A DNA stretch of 35,212 bases from Myxococcota bacterium. Its GTDB lineage: Bacteria; Myxococcota_A; Polyangia; Polyangiales; Sandaracinaceae. Position numbers and translations under genes: made by a program. The stretch spans positions 1 to 35,212 of the forward strand of contig JAYZQJ010000002.1 of the NCBI GenBank assembly GCA_036149055.1. The letters run 5' to 3'. Positions 20,240 to 30,627 of the stretch are shown here, piece by piece (the stretch's first letter is position 1; every line of letters begins with the position of its first letter). The notes beneath the pieces were generated by a model that made no database searches, was not told the origin of the DNA, and worked only from the letters and a program-made list of their open reading frames with translations.

Positions 20240-20467
20240 ATGAGCGAGAAGAAGGGTCGCCTTCGGGTGGAGGTGGAGACGCCGTCGGGGTCGCGTCACG
20301 TGGCCGAGGAGTCGCTGAGCACGAGCCTGATCGGGCTGTACGCCGAGGCGCGGGAGAGCGGGGGGAGCGCGTCGTCGCGGCTGCGGCTGCTCGACGCGGT
20401 GATGGAGAAGGGCAGCGCGCTCCTGCTCCGGGTGGCTGGGGCAATGAGCCGCAGCAGCTCGGAGTGA
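20240..20467 (+). CDS. Small hypothetical protein (75 aa)
   Basis: Strong SD ggagga 9 nt upstream of ATG; protein-like composition with G/C-ending codons; sits upstream of and co-directional with the hybrid kinase. Confidence 0.55.
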   Translation: MSEKKGRLRVEVETPSGSRHVAEESLSTSLIGLYAEARESGGSASSRLRLLDAVMEKGSALLLRVAGAMSRSSSE

Positions 20468-20518
20468 ATCGCGTGAGGCTGCCTTGACCCTCTTCGAGCC
20501 CAGTGCGACGTAGAAGGC

Positions 20519-22462
20519 GTGTCGGGTGGGATCAGCGGGAGCGAGGCGAGGCGCCGGGCGGTGGTCCGCGGGGTATCCCGCGCGCTCGCCCGGGCGGAGC
20601 GCGCGTCCGACTGCCTGCTCCCGGTGCTCGAGGCGCTCGGCCGCGCGCTCGACGCGTCGCGCGCCGAGGTCCTGATCGCCGACCCCGGCGGCGCCCGCCT
20701 CGACACGCTCGTGAGCTGGCCGGACGTCGCCGCGCCGCCGACCCGCGGCACGATCGGCGAGGGGCTGATCGGTCGCGCCGCCGAGACCCAGCGCGCGCTC
20801 ACCGACGACGCGAGCGTGGCGGTCCCGGTGCTGATGGGCGACGCGGTGGTCGCGGTGCTCACCGCCACCCTGGTCGACCCCGATCTCGACGAGCCGATGC
20901 TCGCGGTCCTCGAGGCGGTCGGCGCGCAGATCGGTCACGCGCTCCGCTCGGTGGAGCTGTCGCACCTCGCGTCGCTGGCCGAGCTGCGGCGGAGCGGGGT
21001 CGTCGAGGCGTCGCCGGATCCCATCGTCGTCATCGATCACAACGGGAAGGTGGTCGAGTGGAACGGCGCGGCGGAGCGGGTGCTCGGGCGCGTCGCCCAC
21101 GAGGCGCTCGGCCAGCGCCCGGCCGCGCTCCTGGCCGCCCCGCGCTGGCGCCCGCGCGCCGAGCTCGTCTTGCACGCCGCCCTGCGGGCGGAGCGGCGCT
21201 GGCTCGGCCGGCCGCTCCCCGTGCGCGCCCGCCGCCCCGACGGAGTCGAGGTCGACCTCGAGGCGACGCTCGCGCTCTCGCACTCGCCGCGCGGGCTCGG
21301 GCTGACCATCTATCTCCGCGACTTGACCGAGGCGCGGCGGGCGCGGCGCGCGCTCACCCGGGCCCGGCAGCTGGCGGAGGAGGAGTCGCGCCGGCGGGAC
21401 GACTTCCTCGCGCTCCTCGGGCACGAGCTGCGCAACCCGCTGTCGCCCATCGTCGCCGCGACCGAGGTGCTCGAGGGTCACGAGGACCCGATGGTCGAGC
21501 GGACCCGGGCGGTGATCTCCCGGCAGAGCCGGCAGCTGGTGCGCCTGGTCGACGACCTCCTCGACGTCTCGCGCGCCTCGCGAGGCAAGCTCGCGCTCGA
21601 GCTCGCGCCGCGCCGGCTGAGCGACATCCTCGACGTGTCCCTCGAGATGACGCGGGCGCTGCTCGACGCGCGGCGGCATCACCTCACCGTCGACGTCGAC
21701 CCGGGGCTCTGGGTGCGCGCGGACGCGGCGCGGGGCAGCCAGATCTTCGCCAACCTCCTGACCAACGCCGCCCGCTACACCGACGACGGCGGCCGGGTGC
21801 GCATCACCGGGCGCGCGGAGGGCGCCGAGGCGGTGGTGCGGGTCTCGGACGACGGCCGCGGCATGACCCGGGCGTTCCTGGCGCGCGCGTTCGAGCCGTT
21901 CTCGCAGGGCGAAGGCCGCTCGCGCGGCGGGCTCGGGCTCGGGCTCGCGCTGGTCGCGCAGCTCGTCCGCCTGCACGGCGGCGCGGTGCGCGCGGAGAGC
22001 CCCGGCGAGGGCCTCGGCACCACGGTCGAGGTCCGGCTCCCGCTCGCGCTCGCGGACGGTCGGCACGACACCCAGCGGCCGCGCGCGGCCTCGGCGGTGC
22101 GGTCGGTGCTGATCGTCGACGACCACCTGGACTCGGCCGAGCTGCTCTCGATGGCGCTCTCGGCGCGCGGGCACCACGTGCGCATCGCCCCGGACGCCGA
22201 GACCGCGCTCGAGCTCGTCGCCCAGCTGACGCCCGACGTGGCCCTGGTCGACATCGGCCTGCCCGGCATGGACGGGCACGACCTCGCGCTCCAGCTCCGG
22301 GAGCGCTGGCCGGAGCACCGGATCCGCCTGATCGCCCTGACCGGGTACGGCGCCCAGGAGGATCGCTCGCGGAGCGCCGAGGTCGGCTTCGCCGCGCACC
22401 TGGTCAAGCCGGTCCGGGTCTCGGACGTCGAGGACGCCCTCTCCGAGGCTGTCGTCGACTGA
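20519..22462 (+). CDS. Hybrid sensor histidine kinase (GAF-PAS-HisKA-HATPase-REC)
   Basis: PAS SPDPIVVIDHNGKVVEWNGAAERVLG; H-box LGHELRNPL; N-box NLLTNAARYT; DDGRGM; GGLGLGL; receiver VDDH...VDIGLPGMDG...LTGYG...LVKP. Confidence 0.93.
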   Translation: MSGGISGSEARRRAVVRGVSRALARAERASDCLLPVLEALGRALDASRAEVLIADPGGARLDTLVSWPDVAAPPTRGTIGEGLIGRAAETQRALTDDASVAVPVLMGDAVVAVLTATLVDPDLDEPMLAVLEAVGAQIGHALRSVELSHLASLAELRRSGVVEASPDPIVVIDHNGKVVEWNGAAERVLGRVAHEALGQRPAALLAAPRWRPRAELVLHAALRAERRWLGRPLPVRARRPDGVEVDLEATLALSHSPRGLGLTIYLRDLTEARRARRALTRARQLAEEESRRRDDFLALLGHELRNPLSPIVAATEVLEGHEDPMVERTRAVISRQSRQLVRLVDDLLDVSRASRGKLALELAPRRLSDILDVSLEMTRALLDARRHHLTVDVDPGLWVRADAARGSQIFANLLTNAARYTDDGGRVRITGRAEGAEAVVRVSDDGRGMTRAFLARAFEPFSQGEGRSRGGLGLGLALVAQLVRLHGGAVRAESPGEGLGTTVEVRLPLALADGRHDTQRPRAASAVRSVLIVDDHLDSAELLSMALSARGHHVRIAPDAETALELVAQLTPDVALVDIGLPGMDGHDLALQLRERWPEHRIRLIALTGYGAQEDRSRSAEVGFAAHLVKPVRVSDVEDALSEAVVD

Positions 22463-22558
22463 CGACACCCGTCGTCGTCGAGCGACAGCAGGCGAGGCGC
22501 GCGCGCGCCCGACCGAGCCCACGCGGCGCGCGGTACGGCGCTTGCCGAGGAGGGGCGC

Positions 22559-24511
<1,953 letters not shown>

Positions 24512-24517
24512 GCGGCG

Positions 24518-25834
24518 TCAGAAGGTGCAGACCAGGCCGACGAAGAGGACGGCCGGGCCCGCGTCCGGGAGGCCCGCGATCGGGATCCGCTCGAGCTCGA
24601 CGCCGGCGTCATCCGTCCGGACCAGCTCGCGGCCGGCGCGCGGCAGCCAGAGGATCGAGCCGTCGCGATCCCGCCACGCGCCGCCCCAGACGCCGGCGGG
24701 GTCGGTCGAGAGGGTCTGCTCGAGCGTCTCGAGGTCCAGGATCGCTCGCCGGTCCGAGTCGAGATCCCGGAACGAGAAGGTGCGCGGGCCGAGGGCGAAC
24801 GAGCCGGTCCACGAGAAGGGCAGCGTGAAGGGTCGGTCCGCCTCGCCCGGGACCCGCAGCACCCCGGCCCCCGCGTCGTCGACCCGGTCGATCCAGCCGA
24901 GCGCGCGACCGCCGAGGTTGACCGGGTCTCCGCAGGGGCTCTCGGTCAGGCTGGTGGTGCCGTCGACCAGGGACACGTCGTAGCGCAGGCACTCGGTCGG
25001 CATGGAACGGGACGCGTTCCAGACCAGCCCGTCCCGGAAGAGCGCCGGCGTCGCGGTGAGCAGGCCGGTCGAGGCGCCGCCGACCGCGCCCTCGCACGCG
25101 CGCCCGGAGAGGTCGAAGAGCCACTGGGTGGGCGCGGTGCCCATCAGCTGGGTCGTCAGGCAGCGATCGGCGTCGAGCGTCGCCGCGCAGCTCGACGCGA
25201 AGAGCGGGCAGTCGAGCGCGGACTCGCAGGGCCCGGCGAGCGTCGAGCGGCAGCCGCGCGCGGGATCGCAGCGCTCGTCCGGGCCGCACATCGCGTCGTC
25301 GCCGAGCTCGAAGCAGACGCCGTCCTGGCAGCGCGCGGCGCCACACGCGGCGGCCGGGGCGGCGCAGTCTCCGTCGGCGCCGCAGGCGGGCGGCGGGCAG
25401 CGCTCGGGCGCCTCGGGCGTGCACGCGGGATCGACGCAGCGGCCATCGAGGCAGGCGCTCAGCGCGGGGTCCCCGGCCGGGCAGATCACCCCCGCGCAGT
25501 CCCGCGTGATCACGACGGTGACCCCGACCGCGCCGTCCACCCGGACCCGCACGTCGCGCGCGCCGAGCACCCGCCCCGACGCCCCGACGAGGCGCACGGT
25601 GACGGTGTGATCGCCGGGCGCGACGCCCTCGAGCTGGGCCAGCCGGGCGCCCTCGAGCAGATCGGTCCCGGCGGCGAGCGCGACCGCCCGCTCGTCCTCG
25701 CCGTCGATCGTCAGCCGCGCCTCGCGGACCTCGGTCCCGGCGGCGTAGTCGGTCCGGAGCGAGACGACGAGCGTGCCTTCGCCAGTGCAGGCGACCAGCC
25801 CGATCGCCGCCAGCCCCACGAGTCCGCAGCGCAC
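24518..25834 (-). CDS. Cys-rich lipoprotein of unknown function
   Basis: Lipobox LVA-C16; Ig-like strand segment (LVVSLRTD...GDHTVTVRLVG); Cys-rich region (CLDGRCVDPAC, CGADGDC, CQDGVC, CDPARGC); beta-rich C-terminus. Confidence 0.75.
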   Translation of the reverse strand: MRCGLVGLAAIGLVACTGEGTLVVSLRTDYAAGTEVREARLTIDGEDERAVALAAGTDLLEGARLAQLEGVAPGDHTVTVRLVGASGRVLGARDVRVRVDGAVGVTVVITRDCAGVICPAGDPALSACLDGRCVDPACTPEAPERCPPPACGADGDCAAPAAACGAARCQDGVCFELGDDAMCGPDERCDPARGCRSTLAGPCESALDCPLFASSCAATLDADRCLTTQLMGTAPTQWLFDLSGRACEGAVGGASTGLLTATPALFRDGLVWNASRSMPTECLRYDVSLVDGTTSLTESPCGDPVNLGGRALGWIDRVDDAGAGVLRVPGEADRPFTLPFSWTGSFALGPRTFSFRDLDSDRRAILDLETLEQTLSTDPAGVWGGAWRDRDGSILWLPRAGRELVRTDDAGVELERIPIAGLPDAGPAVLFVGLVCTF

Positions 25835-25846
25835 GCGGCGAGGCTA

Positions 25847-27424
25847 TCACGGCGCCGTGAACACGAGGCGCGCGTCGCCGGGCAGCTCGGCGGTGAAGCG
25901 GCGGAGCAGCGCGCGGCCGGCCTCGTCCTCCGGCTCGAGGCGCATCCACACCATCGTCTGCCGGGGCGCGTCTGCGGCCGGAGTGAACTCGCCGCCTCGC
26001 CAGGTGCCGACGTCGACGCCGTCCAGGCGCACCCGCAGGGCCCCCTCGGTCGCGCCCCGCACGTCGAAGTCGATCGCGCCGACGTCGGTGCGCCAGGGGA
26101 GCGCGTAGGTGAGGCCGGTGTCGGCGCAGCCCTCGGCGAGCGCCCAGGGGTCGATCTCGAGCGCGCCGTCCTCCCACTCGCCCTCTACCCAGGGCACCAC
26201 TCGCTCGATGCCGAGCGGCCACCCGCGCGCGCCAGGCTCGTCGGGCTCGACGCGATCCCAGCGCTTCGACGCCTCGCGCAGCAGCCGCCGCACCGGCGCG
26301 GTCTCCTCGGCGCGCGGGCCCCAGGGCCAGATGCCGTGCGGATCCTCGTGCTCCTGCCAGGGCCGGTACATCCACACCAGCACGCCGTCGGTGCCGCCCT
26401 CCGCCGCGCGGCCGAAGAACGCCTCGAGCCAGCGCTCCCGCGGCGCGAACGGGCCATCGCCCCGGGGCACGCCGACCTCGCCGACCATCAGCGGCAGGCC
26501 GAGCGCGCGGGCCTCCGCGGCGCGGTGATCGAGCCAGTCGCCGAGCGCGGCCGGCGTGTCGGCGTCGACGAGGTTCTGCGGGTAGCCGTGGGTGTCCGCG
26601 TAGCCGATCTCCGGCAGCGCGTGGACCTGCCTCCAGTATCGCAAGGAGAGCTCACTGTTGTAGCCGATGTGCCCGGCCGCGATGAGGTGGTTCGGATCGA
26701 GCGTGCGGACCCGGGCGGACATCTCCCGCACCCAGGCCACCTGCGCGTCCCCCGCCTCGCAGGTCGGCGCGGACAGCTCGTTGATCAGCTCCCAGGCGAA
26801 GATCGTCGGGTCGTCGCGGTAGGCCACGCCGGTCACCGAGCTCACCCGCCCGACCAGCCGCTCGAGGTGCGCGACGTAGAGCGCCCGCGCCGCCTCGCTC
26901 TCCAGGGTCGCGGCCAGCTCCGCCGGGAGCAGGTGCCGGCGGCGCGGCGTGATCCCGGCCCAGCGCGCGAGCTGCGGGAGGCCGCCGCGATCGGCCCAGC
27001 GGTTGGCGAGCACCAGGATCACCCGCACGTCGTGGCGGCGCGCCTCCGCGAGCACCCGGTCGAGGTGCACGAAGGACTCCTCCACCCAGTCGTCGGGGCC
27101 GAGGCGGAAGGCCACGCTCCGGCGCCACGCCTCCTCGCCCTGGCTGGTCCCGAGCGCCCACACCCGCGCCAGCCGGACGCCGTCGTCGGCCATCGCCTCG
27201 ATCAGGCGCGGCGCGTCCTCCCGGGTCTGGCCGCCGTGGATCAGCGAGGCGTTGACGCCCACGAAGCGCGCCGGCCGATCGCCGAGGTGGAACGCCCCGC
27301 CCTCGGCGCGCGCGAACACTCCGTCCTCGATCGACGGCAGCGCGGTCCGCGCCTTGTCCGGGGGCGGCGGCGCTCCCTCGGCGCAGGCCGCGAGCAGACA
27401 GGCGAAGACGAGACACGCGCGCAT
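25847..27424 (-). CDS. Glycoside hydrolase family 5 lipoprotein (beta-mannanase-like, GH5_7-type)
   Basis: Lipobox LAA-C14; RFVGVN, RLARVWA, LDRVLAEARRHDVRVILVLANRW..GG, YRDDPTIFAWELINE (acid/base Glu), RTLDPNHLI, DTHGYP, PLMVGEVG (nucleophile Glu). Confidence 0.88.
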   Translation of the reverse strand: MRACLVFACLLAACAEGAPPPPDKARTALPSIEDGVFARAEGGAFHLGDRPARFVGVNASLIHGGQTREDAPRLIEAMADDGVRLARVWALGTSQGEEAWRRSVAFRLGPDDWVEESFVHLDRVLAEARRHDVRVILVLANRWADRGGLPQLARWAGITPRRRHLLPAELAATLESEAARALYVAHLERLVGRVSSVTGVAYRDDPTIFAWELINELSAPTCEAGDAQVAWVREMSARVRTLDPNHLIAAGHIGYNSELSLRYWRQVHALPEIGYADTHGYPQNLVDADTPAALGDWLDHRAAEARALGLPLMVGEVGVPRGDGPFAPRERWLEAFFGRAAEGGTDGVLVWMYRPWQEHEDPHGIWPWGPRAEETAPVRRLLREASKRWDRVEPDEPGARGWPLGIERVVPWVEGEWEDGALEIDPWALAEGCADTGLTYALPWRTDVGAIDFDVRGATEGALRVRLDGVDVGTWRGGEFTPAADAPRQTMVWMRLEPEDEAGRALLRRFTAELPGDARLVFTAP

Positions 27425-27434
27425 CGACCGCCCC

Positions 27435-27442
27435 GTTATAAT
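27435..27442. promoter_or_regulatory. -10 box (TATAAT on +, overlapping TATAAC on -) in a 23-bp divergent gap
   Basis: gttataat at 27435-27442 between the GH5 ATG (27424, -) and the kinase start (27448, +); perfect consensus in very GC-rich DNA. Confidence 0.5.
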
Positions 27443-27447
27443 GGAGT

Positions 27448-30400
27448 GTGCGCTTGAAGCCCGGAGCCGTGATCGGCGGGCGGTACCGCGTCGTCGCGAG
27501 GCTCGGCAAGGGGGGCATGGGCGAGGTCTGGCGCTGCGTCGACCTCGAGCGCGGCGCGGCGGTCGCGATCAAGACGCTGCACACCCTGCAGGCCGATCAG
27601 CGGCGGCTCTTCCAGCAGGAGGTGCACGCGACCGCGCGCCTCGATCACCCGAACATCGTCGGCGTCTACGACCTGGTGCGCGAGGGCGGCGAGCTGGCGC
27701 TGGTGATGGAGCTTCGCGACGGCCACCCGCTGCACCGCTGGTTCCCGCTCCCCTTCGAGGCGCTGCGGGAGGCGGCCTGTCAGGTGCTCGACGCCCTCGC
27801 CTACGCCCACTCGCGCGGGGTGCTGCACCTCGACATCAAGCCGGCGAACGTGCTGCTCGAGCCGGATCCGATCCGCGCGACCCTGCTCGACTTCGGCATC
27901 GCGCGGGCGTGGCGCGGCGAGGCCCCGGAGACCGGCGACGCCATCCTCGGCACGATGCCGTACATGCCGCCCGAGCAGCTCTTGATGTCGCACGAGCGGC
28001 TCGGCCCCTGGAGCGATCTCTTCGCGTTCGGCGCGACCCTGTACCGCATGGCCTCGGGCGTGCGCCCCTTCGAGGGCTGGGAGCCGGCGGAGCGGCTGCG
28101 GCGCCGGCCGGCCCGGATCGAGACCGTCGCCCCGCGCTGCCCCGAGGCGCTCGGCGAGCTGCTCGCCCTGCTCCTCGCGCCCGAGCCGGAGCGCCGCCCG
28201 AGCCACGCCGCCGACGTGCTCGCCGCGCTCCGGGAGCTGCCCCGGATCGACGGCCCGCTCGTGCGCCCGGGCGAGGACGAAGAGGACGAGACGACCACCG
28301 CCAGCGCCACCATCCCGGGCGAGCTGACGATCGCGAGCGGGCCGCCCGCCGAGCCGACCGGATCGCTCCCGCCGCCGGAGGCGCCCGAGGACGTGGCCGC
28401 GCCGGTCGAGGCGCCCGAGCCCGGCGCCTACGCGCTCTTCGGCCTGCGGGAGCTGCCGGTGCTCGGCCGGCTCGAGGAGCGCCGCGCGATCTGGGAGCAG
28501 CTGGTGGCCGCCCGCGAGCGCGAGGAGGTGCGGGTGGTCGTGCTGCGCGGGCCGAGCGGGGCCGGCAAGACGCGGCTCGCGCGGGACGCGATGGAGCGGG
28601 CGCACCAGGTCGGGCTCGCGCACACCGCCTGGACGTCGTGGCGCCGGGGCGGCCCGGAGATCGAGGGGCTGCGGCGGCTCGTGGCCCACGCGGTGTCGGC
28701 CGGCGGCGGGCGCAGCACGAGGCGGGTGATCGACTTCTTCCTCGCGCGCTTCCCCGGCCCCGACGACGCGCGCCTGCGCACCGAGCTGTCGCTCTTCCTC
28801 GCGCCGGGCGACGCGCTGACCGACGCCGACCTCGGCCTCCGGGTGACGACCGCGGTGCTCGGGCGGCTGGCGTCGGAGCGGGCGGCGGTGATCGCGCTCG
28901 ACGAGGCCGACGCGAGCGGCGGCGTGGCCTCGGCGCTCATCCGGCGCCTGCGCGAGTCGGCGATCCCGTGCGCGGTGCTGCTGACCCTCGGCGACGCGGA
29001 CGACGACGGCGCGCCGCCCGATCTCGCGCTGCGCCTCGAGACCCTCGACGACGCGGCGAGCGCGCGGCTGGTGCGCGGGCTGCTCGACGTGGACGACGCG
29101 CTCGCGACGCTGGTCGCGGCCCGCGCCGGCGGCAACCCGCTCGTCGCGACCCAGCTGGTGGAGGAGCTCATCGAGGACGACGCGATCGCGCGGGTCGGCG
29201 GGCGCTACGCGCTGCGGCCCGAGCGCGACCCGGCCGCGCTGCCCGCGGACCTCGACGCGATCTGGGCCCGCCGGGTGGCGCGCGCGGGCGTCGGCCTCGA
29301 CCTCGCCGCCTTCGCGCTCACCCGGGCCCGGGTCGACGAGGACGTCGCCGGGCGCCTCGTCCGCGCGCGGGGCGAGGGGCTGGTCACCGATCTCCGGCGC
29401 GCCGAGCGCGCGGGGCTGCTGTCGATGCGCGACGGCGCGTTCGAGTGGGTGCACGCGTCGCTGCGCGAGCACCTGATCGCGCGGGTGCCCGACGCCGAGC
29501 GCGCCGCGCTGCACCGCGAGGCGGCCGACGCGCTCGAGGTCCGGGTGGGCGCCGAGGACGTGCAGGCCGAGCGGGCCGCGCACCTCCACGGGGCGGGCGC
29601 GATCGACGCGGCCTGCGAGGCGATGATCGAGGCGTGCGCGTGGAGCTCCCGGCGCGGCGAGGAGGCGGAGCGCGAGCGGCGCGCCGAGCGGCTCCTCTCG
29701 TGGGCGCGGACCGACGCGCACCGGGCCCGGGCCCACGCGGAGCTGGCCCACGTGGCGGTCGGGGCGCGCGACCTCGAGCGGGCCGAGGCGCACCTGGCGG
29801 AGGCGCGCGCGTGCGCCGCCGGGAGCGCGCGGCCCTGGGTGGCCTTCCGCGAGACCCAGGTCGCCACCTTCGCGCGAGACGCCGAGCGGGTGGAGCGCGC
29901 GGCGCGCGAGGCGCTGACCCTCGCCCGCGAGGAGGGCGACGCCGAGGTGGAGACCCTGGCCCTCGGCGCGCTCGGCCTCGCGGCCCGGCGGCGCGGCGAT
30001 CCGGACGACGCGCGCGCGTGCTTCGAGGCCTGCGCGGCGCTGGCCCGGGCGAGGGGCGACCTCGTCACCGAGGCCCGCGCGACCACCCACCTCGGCAACC
30101 TCGCGCCGACCGAGAGCCTGCCGCTCTTCGAGCGCGCCATCGAGCTTGCGCAGCGCGCCGGCGCGCGCCTGGCGGAGCTGACCGCCCGGCAGGTGTACGC
30201 CGACGCGCTCTACGGCGTCGGAGAGACGACGCGCGCCTTCGCCGAGATGCAGACGGTCGTCTCGCACGCGCGCACGCTGGGCCTCCGGCCCTACCTCTCG
30301 ATCTTCGAGATCCAGCTCGCGTGCTGGGCGCTGAAGGAGGGCGACGTCGATCGCGCCGCCCATCACCTCGCCGAGGCGGTGGACGCGGGCTGCGAGGACG

Positions 30401-30627
30401 GGAGCGTCGCCGAGCGCAGCATGTGCGCGGCGCTGGGGGCCGCGGTGGCCACGCTGCGCGGGGAGACGGCGAGCGCGCTCGGGGCGCTGTCCCGGCTCGC
30501 CGAGGTGCGCGGCGAGTACGACGAGCCGGAGCTGCGCGAGGTGCTCGAGGCGGCGCGCCCTCACGCGGAGGGCGCGCTCGCCGCGGCGATCGAGCGAGCG
30601 ATCAGCCCCACCACTCCACCGACGTGA
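27448..30627 (+). CDS. Ser/Thr protein kinase fused to a P-loop (STAND/AAA_16-like) ATPase and TPR-like repeats
   Basis: LGKGGMGEVW, VAIKTL, HPNIVGVYD, HLDIKPANVL, DFGIA, GTMPYMPPEQ, SDLFAFG; VLGRLEER, Walker A GPSGAGKT, Walker B IALDEAD, GGNPL, FEWVHASLRE. Start GTG 27448 or TTG 27454. Confidence 0.9.
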   Translation: MRLKPGAVIGGRYRVVARLGKGGMGEVWRCVDLERGAAVAIKTLHTLQADQRRLFQQEVHATARLDHPNIVGVYDLVREGGELALVMELRDGHPLHRWFPLPFEALREAACQVLDALAYAHSRGVLHLDIKPANVLLEPDPIRATLLDFGIARAWRGEAPETGDAILGTMPYMPPEQLLMSHERLGPWSDLFAFGATLYRMASGVRPFEGWEPAERLRRRPARIETVAPRCPEALGELLALLLAPEPERRPSHAADVLAALRELPRIDGPLVRPGEDEEDETTTASATIPGELTIASGPPAEPTGSLPPPEAPEDVAAPVEAPEPGAYALFGLRELPVLGRLEERRAIWEQLVAAREREEVRVVVLRGPSGAGKTRLARDAMERAHQVGLAHTAWTSWRRGGPEIEGLRRLVAHAVSAGGGRSTRRVIDFFLARFPGPDDARLRTELSLFLAPGDALTDADLGLRVTTAVLGRLASERAAVIALDEADASGGVASALIRRLRESAIPCAVLLTLGDADDDGAPPDLALRLETLDDAASARLVRGLLDVDDALATLVAARAGGNPLVATQLVEELIEDDAIARVGGRYALRPERDPAALPADLDAIWARRVARAGVGLDLAAFALTRARVDEDVAGRLVRARGEGLVTDLRRAERAGLLSMRDGAFEWVHASLREHLIARVPDAERAALHREAADALEVRVGAEDVQAERAAHLHGAGAIDAACEAMIEACAWSSRRGEEAERERRAERLLSWARTDAHRARAHAELAHVAVGARDLERAEAHLAEARACAAGSARPWVAFRETQVATFARDAERVERAAREALTLAREEGDAEVETLALGALGLAARRRGDPDDARACFEACAALARARGDLVTEARATTHLGNLAPTESLPLFERAIELAQRAGARLAELTARQVYADALYGVGETTRAFAEMQTVVSHARTLGLRPYLSIFEIQLACWALKEGDVDRAAHHLAEAVDAGCEDGSVAERSMCAALGAAVATLRGETASALGALSRLAEVRGEYDEPELREVLEAARPHAEGALAAAIERAISPTTPPT

